From Eledone cirrhosa (Eukaryota), in NCBI GenBank assembly GCA_964016885.1, contig OZ024752.1, positions 26,536,001-26,600,000 of the forward strand: a stretch of 64,000 bases of DNA. The letters are read 5' to 3'. Positions 40,172 to 54,482 of the stretch are shown in pieces. How positions within the stretch are numbered: the first letter of the stretch is position 1; each line of letters begins with the position of its first letter. The notes below the pieces were generated by a model. The model was not told the origin of the DNA, did no database searches, and saw only the letters and a program-made list of their open reading frames with translations. The position numbers were made by a program, and so were the translations under genes.

Positions 40172-40638
40172 AGTATGTTGCGGGGAAATTGTTTTTGGAA
40201 GAAAGGATTGGATTAAGGGATTGCAACAGGATATGGGAAAGGCGGTATCAGAACAGCTGTGGAGTGAAATAAATTAACTAGACCAGGAAGCAGCTATTGT
40301 AGCGATTGTACTGTATATTGTAGAAGGATAGTAGTGTTTGGTGGTGATAGAGGGTGTTAGCAGAAACCTAAATATCAGTTCGATGCCTTTTATGGTAAAA
40401 AATATAGGTTTAGTCTAGTGCAAGGTATAAAAAGAAAGTTTTCTAACTTAACTTGCTTACGGTTGTGCCTAAAATGCGTGCTGCGTTGCTTATTGGAAAG
40501 TATATCTCTATTGTTTTTTTTACATGTTGCAAAATTTAAAGTCCATTCAAAGTAAGTTATATCACCAAGTGTTGTGTAAGGAAAAGTAATTTGTAAATCA
40601 TTCGACATTTTCTAAAAAAAATGAATTTAAAAATTCCG

Positions 40639-40738
40639 TACATAATATGTTAATTACTCACATAATATGCTAATTCCTCGCGTAATATGTTAATTTCTCA
40701 CATAATATGTTAATTTCTCACATGATATATTAATTCCA
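40639..40738. repeat. 20-bp minisatellite, about 5 units
   Basis: CATAATATGTTAATT(A/T/C)CTCA repeated head to tail. Confidence 0.85.
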
Positions 40739-40787
40739 TCATCATATCAATGAAAATACATGAAAATGGTATGGATCATAATATTAC

Positions 40788-40860
40788 CTTCTTCAAAAAG
40801 TTCCTCTTTAACTCTGGAATTGGCGACAACCATTGATGTTAATGCCGTCACAAAATTATA
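40788..40860 (-). CDS. ITIH: ITIH-like gene exon
   Basis: TGTGTCAG acceptor, G|GTAATA donor. YNFVTALTSMVV matches the ITIH Y.FVTPLTSMVV motif and follows ..DLALK in phase 0. Confidence 0.9.
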
Positions 40861-41119
40861 CTGACACAATAAAGAATATTAGATTTTTATAAAACAAAAA
40901 TACGAAATAAAAAGATGTATATTTATGGCATGTGTATATATGTATATTTATGGGATGTGTATATATGTGTCTGTCACTGGTATATGTGTTTCTAATTTGT
41001 GCTTCTGCAATTACCACACATGTAGGTATATGGTCTGTATTCTTCCAAAATAATACATTGATCTTTGGCATTTGGTAATAAACGGGTCTCATATGGTAAT
41101 TATTCATCTCCTATAATAA

Positions 41120-41152
<33 letters not shown>

Positions 41153-41153
41153 T

Positions 41154-41243
<90 letters not shown>

Positions 41244-41377
41244 GTATGTATATATATATATATATATATATGAGCTCAGCTGTCGGGGTCTATTTCTATT
41301 ACCCACTCTACTACCTCAAGTATTGAGTACTTTGGTGCGTTATGGTCCACCTGGTTCCTTACCACATTTCCTTATGT

Positions 41378-41408
<31 letters not shown>

Positions 41409-41472
41409 CATATGTATATATATGTGTATATATATATATATATATATGTGTATGTGTATGTATGTATATGTA

Positions 41473-41514
<42 letters not shown>

Positions 41515-41593
41515 CATGAGAGAGAGGGTGTGTGTGTGTGTATATATATATTTTGTGTGTCGGTGTGTGTATGTGTGTATGCGCGTGTGTGTG

Positions 41594-41624
<31 letters not shown>

Positions 41625-41637
41625 ATGTATATATATG

Positions 41638-41727
<90 letters not shown>

Positions 41728-41815
41728 TATGTATATATGTGTGTGTATATGTGCGTTATATGTCTGTATATATATGTGTATATTTATGTATAGGTCTGTG
41801 TATGTATGTGTATGT

Positions 41816-41853
<38 letters not shown>

Positions 41854-41892
41854 TTGTATGTGTGTGTATAGAGATATATATATATATGTATA

Positions 41893-41933
<41 letters not shown>

Positions 41934-41936
41934 ATA

Positions 41937-41995
<59 letters not shown>

Positions 41996-42116
41996 ATGTG
42001 TGTGTGTATAGATATTTATACATATGTATACTCGTGTTTGTATGTATGCGTGTGAGTGTATTTATTTGTGTATATATGTGTGTGTGTGTGTATGAATGTG
42101 TATGTGTGTGTGTATC

Positions 42117-42195
<79 letters not shown>

Positions 42196-42255
42196 GTGTG
42201 TGTGTGTGTATGTGTGTATATATATATATATATATATGTATATGTGTTTGTGTAT

Positions 42256-42288
<33 letters not shown>

Positions 42289-42500
42289 GGTATATATATA
42301 TATATATATATGTGCGTATGTATATGTGTATATGTATTATATATGTATGTATGTATGTATGTGTGTATGTATGTGTGTGTACATGAATATATATTTATAT
42401 ATATTTATATATCTTTTATATATGTGTGTGTGTTTTTACGTGTGTATATGTGTTTGTGTGTGTGTTTATGGTTGCGCGTAAGTGTGTGAGTGAGTATGTG
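41120..42500. repeat. Long compound (TA)n/(TG)n/(TATG)n microsatellite (representative of dozens in the window)
   Basis: Direct inspection; the source of the many YI/CV pseudo-ORFs. Confidence 0.97.
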
Positions 42501-43083
42501 TGTTTTTTTTTTTTTAATTTGTTTTTTTGTTTTTCTGTTTTTATTTTTTTTTTATTTTTTTGTTTTTTTGTGAATGTGTCTGTTGATTTTGGCATATTGT
42601 TGATTAGTTTAAGAGAAGTTCGAAGATAATAGTAGGATATGCACTCAGTATTTTGAATCTGTCTGCAGAATTCCCTAGACCTTTGTCACTTAGTAGAACC
42701 TTAATGACTTTAGCTTTTAAAGAATCTCCCTTTTCTTTAATTCTATCGAGCATGACTGACCCCCCACTGATTTTATAGACATCTGTTAGCTTAAGAGAAA
42801 CTTATTGACAAGGAATGGTATGCCATCCGGAACCTGTTTATAGAATTCTGTCTGCCTTTGTTACTCTAAAAACATAAATAAATATAAATAAAAATAAAAA
42901 TTAACTATAGCTTTGTAGAATTAGCTTTTAATGAATTCCCTTTTCTATCAACCAATGACCTGCACCCATCCCACTCCCCACCCTCTCCTACCACTTGTAG
43001 AGACCTATAAATACCATATTTATTTTTTGATACCCAGATTCCTGATGATTTCTAATGAATGAAACAGTTCTAGTCCTGTAGAA

Positions 43084-43167
<84 letters not shown>

Positions 43168-43600
43168 GTATGTATATATATATATATAATTATATATACA
43201 AATATAAATTAGCGAGAATCGCATTTCTATTGGAAATTAGCGAAAAACAACTTCCGAAATGTGTGGCAAGCGTTCAATAGAAACGAGTGAACTTGAGCAA
43301 TAAACATACGTTAAAGAGGATGGTTAAACCATTAACCTTAAAGCCATAGAAGCGAGCAAGCTATTCTGGTCAAACAAATAATAAAATATGATTGAAAAAT
43401 ATACGCGGATCCCTTTTAGAAACGGTGGTAAAATCCAATATGGGGTTTCTGCAACTCCTAAATCAGGTACTGTCTGCTTAAACAAATAATGTTAAGCTTT
43501 TGGTATGATGATCGAACAAGGAAGTCACTTTTTCAACAGGAATTTAGTTCTATGTAAAGCTAAGGAACTGATCGTTATCTGAACCTATATATAGATATAT

Positions 43601-43651
<51 letters not shown>

Positions 43652-44152
43652 CACAAAACATAAATAACAATCACATTGTGTTTAAGACACTTAATGGTTT
43701 ACGATCGTTTCATCCAGATATAAGTCTGGGATCATCGGACCATATAAAATGTTAAAATAAATATATTCCTAATCATTAGAACATTTAGCAGGATAAATTA
43801 TATGTGAGAAGAGTAATTATAAGTGTTAATTCCAATATATTAAATAGCAAAAGAAATTTGAACAGATATTAAAATAGTAATGAAATATTATAATGAAAAA
43901 TTGTATTAAAGCTATAATATAAATATTAGGAGCTATATGTTATATATAAGGATATGGTTATTACTTATAGCAAAAAATTACAATAAGAATATTATAGCAA
44001 GTATATTATATAAAAAATATTAATTACAGTAGAGTACCTGAAATATATATAAGAAAACGGTATAGTGAAAGCAAACATATAGGTATTAAAAATTATAATT
44101 AACAAAAAGCTTTAAAATATTAGTCACAATGTTCATGCAGTAGAATATATCA

Positions 44153-44775
44153 CCCATGGTTGTTTATGTATTGTCAAAGCTCTTTCGTCACACATTCTGT
44201 GACCTCCTCAGTGACCAGGTTTTATTTTGTGTATCTCCTCTTTTCTGTCCTACACCATCTTGCTTTTGTGTGTTGTGTGCTTAGTTTGTGCATGCATTAC
44301 ATCTGCGTGTGTGTGTGTGTGCTTTTATTTTTTTAATTTATGCGTTTATTTACTTGTCACTAGTTGGTTGTTTGTTCTATCTGTGTGTGCCTGAATTGTT
44401 TTGTTACTTTGGTTTTTGTGTGTGTCTGCCTGTCTTCATTTTGTCCTTAATTACTTGTGATGTAACTATTCCACTCATGTTTTGTATTTGATTTTGGTTA
44501 GAGTTCCTTTATGTCTGTCGCCTCTGTGATTTGTCTGAGCATTGCATATTTTCTGTGCGTGGATATAATTTTTAACTCTATGTTTTATAATGTGCCCCTA
44601 TATTCTGCCATGTTGGTGGAGTACTGATAACTTTTCCCCATCAAGGAGTTCTCGCCAGTATTCACTTATACTTTCTCTTATGCTACGGGCTGTTTCACCT
44701 ATGTATGTTATGTTCTTATTCCTACAATCCCCCAGTACATCTTATGCTACATACTACGTTCCTAGTTTTGCAGTT
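44153..44775 (-). mobile_element. PLE 3' fragment (GIY-YIG end + pLTR) related to the 8-12 kb family
   Basis: Collinear with about 8320-8915. Hammerhead-like GUCA-CUGAGGA..GAAA-GAGC-UU-UGAC at about 44173-44215. Confidence 0.85.
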
Positions 44776-45016
44776 AGCTACGGCTTTCTAAATGTTTACC
44801 TATAAACATAACGTATTTCTTTAGAAATACGAAACTACAATACATATCTATATACAGCTATGCATGAAGCTAAATCCTAATTCTATTCTATTATAAGTTG
44901 AGCCAATTTATGCAGCTTCATGTGTAAATGAGATTTATTACCTCATTTACACAGACGAGAAAACCATATATTCTTGTCTGTTTTCAAGTCCAGCAGTCGC
45001 AAAAGTAGGAGGGATC

Positions 45017-45054
45017 GTCCTGATGAGAACCAGTTAAGTTCGAAATGCATCGAC
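45017..45054 (+). ncRNA. Minimal hammerhead ribozyme in a dispersed repeat (related copy 58030-58071 minus)
   Basis: GUC-CUGAUGA-GAAC CAGUUAA GUUC-GAAA-UGCA-UC^-GAC. The relative reads CCGUC-CUGAGGA..GAAA-UACA-UA-GACGG. Confidence 0.75.
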
Positions 45055-45530
45055 CATTTCCCCTTTGCTTCTGCTGGACACCACCAGAGGGCAATAGCCC
45101 CGGTGTTTTGCATAGCTAGGCTTTCTAAATGTGTATCTATAAACATATATTTCTTTAGAAATACAAAATTCCAATACAAATCTATAGACAGCTATGACTG
45201 AAGTTAAATCCTGATTCTATTCTATTATATATTTCTATTTCATTCTATTTATATGTAATATCTGCCATTTGATATTCAATATAATATTATATCATCTCTA
45301 CTGCCCCCCCCCCCCACCTGTCCCTTAGGTCCAAGCGCCCTTGACCTTCTCAATGACCCCCGTAGAGTGGTAGCGTCCACTTTGAGAACTTCTGGATTAA
45401 ACTCTGAAGTGCCTTTTACCTAGCTTACCATCGACTATAAAATCACATATGAGCATTATATTGTTGTGTTATCAACTCCTCTAAACTATTATAGATACAC
45501 ACACACATATATATATGTGTATATACATAT

Positions 45531-45584
<54 letters not shown>

Positions 45585-45592
<8 letters not shown>

Positions 45593-48236
45593 AGATCAAA
45601 AGATGGTTAAAGGAGTTCCATGTATTTTATTATGCGCATTTCAAAAACAAACATCATCATGCAATAATATTTGTGTTTTCATCAGATAAAACAGGAGGAC
45701 ATGATATGAAGGCTAAAAAACACTTGTGGATAGTGCAGTTTTAAATCAACATATGAAAAGTAGTTTTAGATTGATGTGTGATGTTGGGAAAAATATTTTA
45801 TTTAGAGAGGGGGGGGGGGAGGATGAAAAAAGGGGAGGAGATGAGAGTGAAGGTGGAGAGGGAGAGATGGGTGATAGAGAGAAAGAGATAGTTTTTATAA
45901 CTGAGAAAAGATATATTGTTTTACATAGAGAGGTTGAAAACCGTTGGAAGATAATGTATAAATTAAAAGAATTTGAAAATTAACGAAGGGAAAAATATGT
46001 ACGAGGAAAGAGAGGGAGTTAATATGTATTGAGATTAAAAAGTTTGATGATAGAGAGAAAAAATAATAATTGCGGATGAATATTCTAACGTAAAAAAAAG
46101 GGTGTATGTTTATAATTATTATGGCAATTTCAAAATTAACGAAGAGAAAAAATTATTAAGGTTTGTGTATTGAAGGATTTGAGAAAAATAATGTGAAGTT
46201 AAGGTTTGTATATTGAAGGAATTGATAATATGTGCGAAGAAAGAGTTAATATGTATTAAGAATTAGTTAGATGATGGGGAGAAAAAAAAAATAATAATAA
46301 TAATAATAAATTAAGGATGAATAATCTATCGTCAAAAAAACAAATGTATATGTTATGAAGGATTTTGCAAGGTGAAGATAGAATGAGGGTAATGAGTAAA
46401 CAAGTATTATAGAGTGAAGTAAGGTAGGAAGATGGGTATATTTTAAAAGAGGTGTATGTATATGTGCCTTTGAGAAAAGATTCTAAATTGATAAAGAATT
46501 GAATATTAGCTGTATACTTTGTGAAAAGTCCTATGGAATTTATGCAAGCAGATAGAAAACAAATCTGTACGTCTATTTATTATAGAATCTAGATTAGAGA
46601 TAATGGTAAATTTTTCATTTAGGCAGAGATTACAGATTTTAGATAGAGAGCTGTTCAAGTATGAGAACGCAGAAGAAACCTTTTTCCAAAAGATGGTATA
46701 TTTAATGTTTTTGTCTTTCAAGGACCATATGAGTTCTGAGAGAGCCGTGTTGGTTCTTTTAAGTTTGTATTTAAAAGAAGAATGATGATTATAGAGACGA
46801 GCTTTAAAAGAGGTGGAAGTGGAGCCAAAATAGGTGAAGGAATTGGTGCTAGTTATAACTTTACATTCATAAATTAAGTTTTTATCAAGACAATGGTTGT
46901 TGAGAGGACATTTATTTTTAATGCGGCAGTTGCAATTAGAGAGATTATTAATGAGTGACCTAGTGTTATCTATAGAAGGAATTGGATTGGAGAAGTTGTT
47001 TGCGATAGGAATAATAGGAATAATAGTTTCTTGATTTAGAGTTGGATTATGAACATTTAGCGAAGTTGTGTTTGACGTTGTATTTGGGTTTACAGAAGTT
47101 AGCCTAGGGTTTACAATGACGTCGGGAGTACTATTACTGTTATTATGAAGTTCAATGTTGGAAGGAAGAGATTTAGTATTTAGTATTTTATTGTTGTGTA
47201 ACAATACACAAACCTTAATAATTTTTTTAATACATATTAACTCTTTTTTCGCACATATTATCAATTCCTTCAATATACAAACCCTAACTTCACATTATTT
47301 TTCTCAAATCCTTCAATACACAAACCGTAATAATTTTTTTAATACATATCAACTCTTTTCTTCGCACATATTATCAATTCCTTCAATATACAAACCTTAA
47401 CTTCACATTATTTTTCTCAAATCCTTCAATACACAAACCTTAATAATTTTTTCTCTTCGTTAATTTTGAAATTGCCATAATACTTATAAACATACACCCT
47501 TTTTTTTTACGTTAGAATATTCATCCGCAATTATTATTTTTTCTCTCTATCATCAAACTTTTTAATCTCAATACATATTAACTCCCTCTCTTTCCTCGTA
47601 CATATTTTTCCCTTCGTTAATTTTCAAATTCTTTTAATTTATACATTATCTTCCAACGGTTTTCAACCTCTCTATGTAAAACTATATCTTTTCTCAGTTA
47701 TAAAAACTATCTCTTTCTCTCTATCACCCATCTCTCCCTCTCCACCTTCACTCTCATCTCCTCCCCTTTTTTCATCCTTTCCACCCCCCCTCTCTAAATA
47801 AAATATTTTTTCCTCGTACATATTTTTCCCTTCGTTAATTTTCAAATTCTTTTAATTTATACATTATCTTCCAACGGTTTTCAACCTCTCTATGTAAAAC
47901 AATATATCTTCTCTCAGTTATAAAAACTATCTCTTTCTCTCTATCACCCATCTCTCCCTCTCCACCTTCACTCTCATCTCCTCCCCTTTTTTCATCCTTT
48001 CCACCCCCCCTCTCTAAATAAAATATTTTTCCCAACATCACACATCAATCTAAAACTACTTTTCATATGTTGATTTAAAACTGCACTATCCACAAGTGTT
48101 TTTTAGCCTTCATATCATGTCCTCCTGTTTTATCTGATGAAAACACAAATATTATTGCATGATGATGTTTGTTTTTGAAATGCGCATAATAAAATACATG
48201 GAACTCCTTTAACGATCTTTTGATCTTATATATTAT
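45585..48236 (-). mobile_element. 5'-truncated PLE (GIY-YIG only) with long inverted pLTRs
   Basis: ORF 46506-~47210 includes CNCRIKNKCPLNNHCL, LIYECKV, YFGST, LSELIWSLK and CNLCLNEK. 47206-48236 is an inverted, internally duplicated copy of 45585-~46260. Confidence 0.92.
48128..48194 (+). ncRNA. Type I hammerhead ribozyme in the pLTR (mirror 45625-45691 minus; further copy about 23877-23942 minus)
   Basis: UUUUAU-CUGAUGA-AAACACAAAUAUUAU..AUGAUGUUUGUUUUU-GAAA-UGCGCA-UA^-AUAAAA. Confidence 0.8.
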
Positions 48237-48320
48237 GTATACTCCAGTCCTACAAACTGTAGAGTGCTTCTTATCCGATATCTGCATTGCTTTATTGTAC
48301 TACAATAAAACTCACCTCCT

Positions 48321-48485
<165 letters not shown>

Positions 48486-48528
48486 CATACATATATACAT
48501 ACATATATACATATACATATATACATAC

Positions 48529-49140
<612 letters not shown>

Positions 49141-49570
49141 ATGTTTCAACACACTGGATCTACTTAAGGATTCCGTTAAGAGTGAAAGCAGCGATTCTTT
49201 GCTTAATCTATAATCTGTTATTTTAATAAATGTTTGCTCTATGGTTCTTATATATTTGATATATATTTATCCTCATCGAGCCCTCTTTCGATTTTAGTCT
49301 TCAATTTATTATTATTACTATTTGGCTCCCTCAGTTGAGCACTCTATTGACTTATAATCAACATGCAGAAACAACACCTCAATATTTCTACAAAGAACAT
49401 ACCCCTACATAGCAGGAAGACGTATTAAAACTGTCATTATTATTACTATATATATATATATATATATATATCTTCTTAGGAAGATGTATCTACTCCATTC
49501 CAGAAACTAATTAGTTGGAAGTGATATTTTAGTAAATAAGTTAATTTTATAATTTTCTTATCTTACGTCT

Positions 49571-49603
<33 letters not shown>

Positions 49604-49645
49604 GAATATCAAAATAAATTCCTTATAGTTTTAATTTCTACTCAC

Positions 49646-50334
49646 CTTCAGTGCCAAATCAAGAATATCATTTCTCACTTGCGTGGTTCTATCTTCTTTA
49701 AGAAGTTGTTTCAATGTGAGGTAAGCATAGGTCTTTTCAGTAATTTCAGAAAACGACTGAATAGTAGTCAAATTAGGATTTTGTTGAAAATGCTCATCGT
49801 CTATAATAAGGTTACCCCTATATATTTCCAGTTCCAACATTTCGTTATTCGGGCCAACGTCGTCTGTCATTGATACATTCACATTCATCGTCGACTGGTT
49901 TTGATTCAATAAAGCTCCTGAAACAACTATTTCAGATCCTTTAAAATAGCTACTAAATGATGTAGTACTAGTATTAGCAACCTCGTTTAAGTATACAAAC
50001 GTTATATCTTTTAATAATATTTTAGATATTTCTTTATATAAGTTCTCAATTTGAAGTTTACTATCAGAGTCTACATAGATCTTTCTACTCAAACCACCGT
50101 TTTCAGTGGTAATCTCACGCAGAAATTTGCTGTTACAGTTTTCTCCGAAACCTAATGCAAATAGGGAAACATTTTTATTAACATCTTTTATATTTTTCTT
50201 GATTAATTCGACATTATTGACTCCCGAAGTTGGCTGTCCATCAGTAAGAAATATAATGATACTTTTCTTTGTGGTCGATAAAACTGATTTATGCTTCTTT
50301 ATACTTTGAAGAAGAGCAGAATTGATATTTGTAC
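49646..50334 (-). CDS. ITIH: ITIH-like gene exon (vWA C-terminal half and downstream region)
   Basis: TTTCAG acceptor, AAG|GTGAGT donor, 689 nt open. GTNINSALL, IIIFLTDGQPTSG, LFALGFG, ENGGLSRKIY, YFKGSEIVVSG, EKTYAYLTLKQLL. Confidence 0.95.
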
Positions 50335-50847
50335 CTGAAATAAAAATGAAAATAAGAATTGATTGTATACGTGTGGAGATTGTAGAAAAGGACTTCTAAG
50401 AATTCTATGGAATATGTTAATAGACTTCCAAGGAAAATTATTCCAGAACCACAAATAGATATAATCAAGGAAAGAATACAAATTAGAAATTACAATAGAA
50501 CAACAAAATACGTGCAGACATACAAAGCATATGACAAACTCCCCTCTAAACCAAATAAAAATATATTCACACAAACTAAACCACACACAAAGATTCATAA
50601 ACCCCTGTCCCCTCTACTAAAAAAAAGAATGAAAAGAATATAACATTATCCAGTGTATTACAAAATACGAGCCCCCGACGCAGAATATAAATACTACAGA
50701 TGCTTCTAGTGAAGAACAATGTAAAAGGCATATTACAGCAAAATGACACCAGAAACAAAAAGAAAAGAGCATCATAAATTGACTTATATTGGAAATTTGG
50801 TTTCAGGGAACTTCATAACAGAAATTTCTCTTAAGTTAACATATTTT

Positions 50848-50928
50848 AGCTGTTGAAAATATTTTCAGCATCCACGAAACTTTTTCGGAGAAATTTCCAA
50901 TAAGAAATTTATCAAGTTCAGGATCCAA
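50848..50928 (-). pseudogene. Diverged intronic duplicate of part of the vWA exon
   Basis: Translates LDPELDKFLIGNFSEKVSWMLKIFSTA versus [27 protein letters not shown] at about 51706-51786; a stop follows. Confidence 0.8.
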
Positions 50929-51647
50929 AAGAGAGTAGAGAGGGGTGTTGATGGAAAAAGTATGAAAGGACGGGGGAAAAATAGAAATAAAACATGAAAA
51001 TTAATACAAATAGAAATGGAATTAAAAGGAATAAGTAAAAAAGATGAATTAAAAAAAATTAAAGTGAGGGGCTGGGAGGGGTGAATGGGTTCGGATAGCA
51101 AGGGTGTGGTAGTGCGTAAGGGGTGGGGTGGAAGGGGATGGAAAGCAAGAAAATGAGAGTCCGAGCGGAGATGGTGGAAGGTAAGGTGTGTGTGTATGTG
51201 GGGATGTAAGTGTGTGTGTATGTGTGGATGTAAGTGTGAGAGTCCAGGAGGAAATGAGTGTATGTGAATGTGGGTTTTGAAAAACCATTGTGTGTGTGTT
51301 GGCGTGGAGTGTGTGCCTCTGCGTGTATAATCCCTGTATGGGTGTAGGTGTGTGTGTGTGTGTGCGTGTGTGGATGGGAAGGGGACGGATGGGGTGAGAT
51401 GAGATCGTGTAAAATCCAGTGTTTTCTGCGAGATGATAATTTAGGGAGAGATTGCAATGTTTTTCTTCTTTTAAACCTAACAATCGTGCTAGAATAATAA
51501 CTTGATTATGAATGACATATTTTCCCTTATAATCAAGTGTGATTTATTATATAAAATAGATTATAACGTGCAAGAATTAATAGTTTAAAATCTTAGAATA
51601 TTATATGAATTATAGTAACGTTTACATTCTATAAAACCTTAACTTAC

Positions 51648-51936
51648 CTCCAAAAGCTACAAGTTTCCTGATGTAATTTTTAGCCTTTTTTTTATTGACC
51701 TCATCAGCTGTTGAGAATGTTTTCAGCATCCACGAGACGTTTTTGGAGAAACTTCCAATAAGAAATTGATCAAGGTCAGGATCTAGTTGATCAATTATAT
51801 TTTCCATTGCTTGTCTTAATTGTATTAATTTAATACCAGTCATTGATGAACTTACGTCAAGCATGAATATAATATTCTTTGGAAGACTTGGTAATGAATC
51901 AGGAGTGAAGAAGTGTACAAAATAACCACCAACTGC
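51648..51936 (-). CDS. ITIH: ITIH-like gene exon (vWA N-terminal half, MIDAS DxSxS)
   Basis: TTTATAG acceptor, G|GTAAGT donor. [38 protein letters not shown]. Confidence 0.95.
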
Positions 51937-51962
51937 CTATAAATTGGTAAAAATGAAAAACA

Positions 51963-52033
<71 letters not shown>

Positions 52034-52097
52034 ATAAATATATATACATATATACATATATACATACATATTTATATATATATATATATCTATATAT

Positions 52098-54257
52098 ATG
52101 TGTGTTTCTTATTGCAACATGACCCTCCCAAAGTATAACAATATCGGTTTCAACACACGATTTCAGATAAAGAATCTTGCTAAACAAATTCAGAAACGAA
52201 ATATCGTAAGCCTTAGCCAGGCTAACAAGATACTGAAAACCACCATGTTCTGTTGTCTACGAAAAACCATAACATCTCGACAACTACACTTCATAAAAGA
52301 ATGTGCCTCGTCCCGAGTTTACACCAACACCATCAACACCGACGTAAGAAGATTACAACTCACCAAAAAACAAGCAGATAGGCTAAAACGAACACTAATT
52401 CTAAACATAAAAAAGAAGATCTATAGAGAATTAAGTCAGCAAGAAAAACATAAGCGTAACCTAATACAAGAAATAGCTAGGATCACCATACCAAGAGAGA
52501 CACTAATATGTATAAGCCTTATACGTCCTGAAGAACAGTACATTGCTCAAGAATGTGATAAGCACTTTAACAAGAAACTAAAGTGGTTTAAGCAGATAAA
52601 ACTAAATCAGGATACTGTAGAGAATACCAATAGATATCCCGACAAAATTGACGGTATAAATATGGCCGACACCTCATTAACAGATGAGTTCAACAACAAC
52701 AACAACACAAATATATACGGCAACACGGCAATAGATGACGATGAGTTATCTGAATTACTTCTACCACCGACATTTGCGACATTCAAGAAGGTAAATATGA
52801 TTAGTTGTCTGTCAGAAATAGAAAAATGATTTACAAAATTACGTTGGAGCCTCAAAAACAAAAACAAAAACAAAAGTAACAATATACGCACACACATATA
52901 CAACACACATCCCAACAACAACAGACACACAGACACAAACAACAATAACAACAACACACACACCAACAATAATAACATACCCAGAAACAACAACAACAGA
53001 CACGCAGACACAAACAACAATAACAACACACACAACAATAATAACACACACGGAGACAACAACAACAACACACATCAACAACAGCACACATCAACAACAA
53101 CAACACACACACATTCAATGCCTCTCACCACCACCACAATCTTAACAAACACACAGACACAGAAAACAAGTAATGACAGTAGCACAGAAATCACAGAAAT
53201 AAGGGAAAGTAATAGGATTAAAAGGAGTAGGGAGACTATGGACAAAGAAAATAACCAACACGAACACACAGACACACAAAATAGGGTAGATAATAACAAT
53301 GAGCCAGTGGAAAAAGACAGGAGTAATTATGAGAGACATAGAAACAACCATGAGGCTGTTGGTGGAAATAGAAATAGAAATAGAAACAACACAACTAACA
53401 ATAACAATAGCACTAGTACACATAAAGCAGCAGCCGGGAACTCTACTTTTTATAATCTCTCCGATAAGTCGTTCGACCTGCGACGAGTCCACGCCACGAC
53501 TTTACCATTTAACAAACGCACGCAATTGCCGTCGCAGGTCGATGAACAAACAGAAGCACAAATTAGCATAGCTAAATCCGAACTTAGAAATATTATAGAA
53601 CAGTATAGCAAGAAGCATAATAGAATGGAGGCCCAGCAACTGGGAGAAAAATCTGCAAATGGCTTGAGTAATCTCATGCAGCGCTCACGTAATGGAGAGA
53701 TAGCATGCTTTCCAACAGACAAGTCTGGCAGAATGTCGGTTGACAGCTTGCCAAACTACATCCAGGCAATGCAACCCCACATCACTAACATAAGAGAGGT
53801 AACACCACAGGAGCATGAGGATAGAGAAAAAGCCCTCAATGCTCATATGGTGATGTGGACGAATATAATGCAGCCCAACAAAAGGACTGCCAACAACTTC
53901 CAGGCCTGGAACAATGACGTGCCGGCGTTGTATGGGCTTCGAAAAGACCATAAAACGGGCAGTGACCCTGTCACGGGACCACCAACACGGGCAGTCTGTG
54001 GGGCTAACATTGCTAGTAACTACAGACTGTCCTACTTCCTCTCCCTGATCATACGCCCCATCATTGTAATGTCCGCAGATGTATGTGACAGCACGGAGGA
54101 CCTCCTCAGCAGAATCGGCGAGGGTAACCGATCTAGGGACCTAACAAACTGCATAATAGGTAGTATCGACGTTGTGTCCCTGTATCCATCTATTGACGTG
54201 AATTTTGCTGTGGAGAAATATGTAGAAATAATCAGTGAGAGCAATGTTGAGTTCCCT
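52098..54257 (+). mobile_element. Second copy of the 8-12 kb PLE, broken off within the RT; lies in an ITIH intron
   Basis: ORFs 52098-52829 and 53118- are nearly identical to 11596-12330 and 9976-11286. Similarity stops after SESNVEF. Confidence 0.95.
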
Positions 54258-54482
54258 TATTGTGAAGTTTCTCTTAATATATATTCTGGGTGTCGACAAA
54301 AACATTCACACACACGCGCCCACTTACACACGTACACAGACATACGCGCACGCACACACAGGCAGGCATACACACAATAAAACATACATAATGGAACATA
54401 CACACACACATATATATATGTGTACAATCATACGCATACAAATATATATGCATACATATACATTTACATACGTGTTCTGTTG

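Noticed and set aside
40390-40611. Possible additional ITIH exon
   Set aside because: The best acceptor gives an early stop in the required phase 1, the alternative acceptors are weak, and no homology is visible.
40639-40738. 20-bp repeats as a CRISPR-like array
   Set aside because: Head-to-tail minisatellite without spacers.
41065-42489. Long [12 protein letters not shown] ORFs here and throughout the ORF track
   Set aside because: They are translations of dinucleotide microsatellites that lack stop codons; no domain content.
43694-43743. Further hammerhead-like motifs (43694-43743 minus; about 36125-36160 minus; 55888 plus)
   Set aside because: The core or stem I is imperfect or truncated; probably decayed relics, so not called as features.
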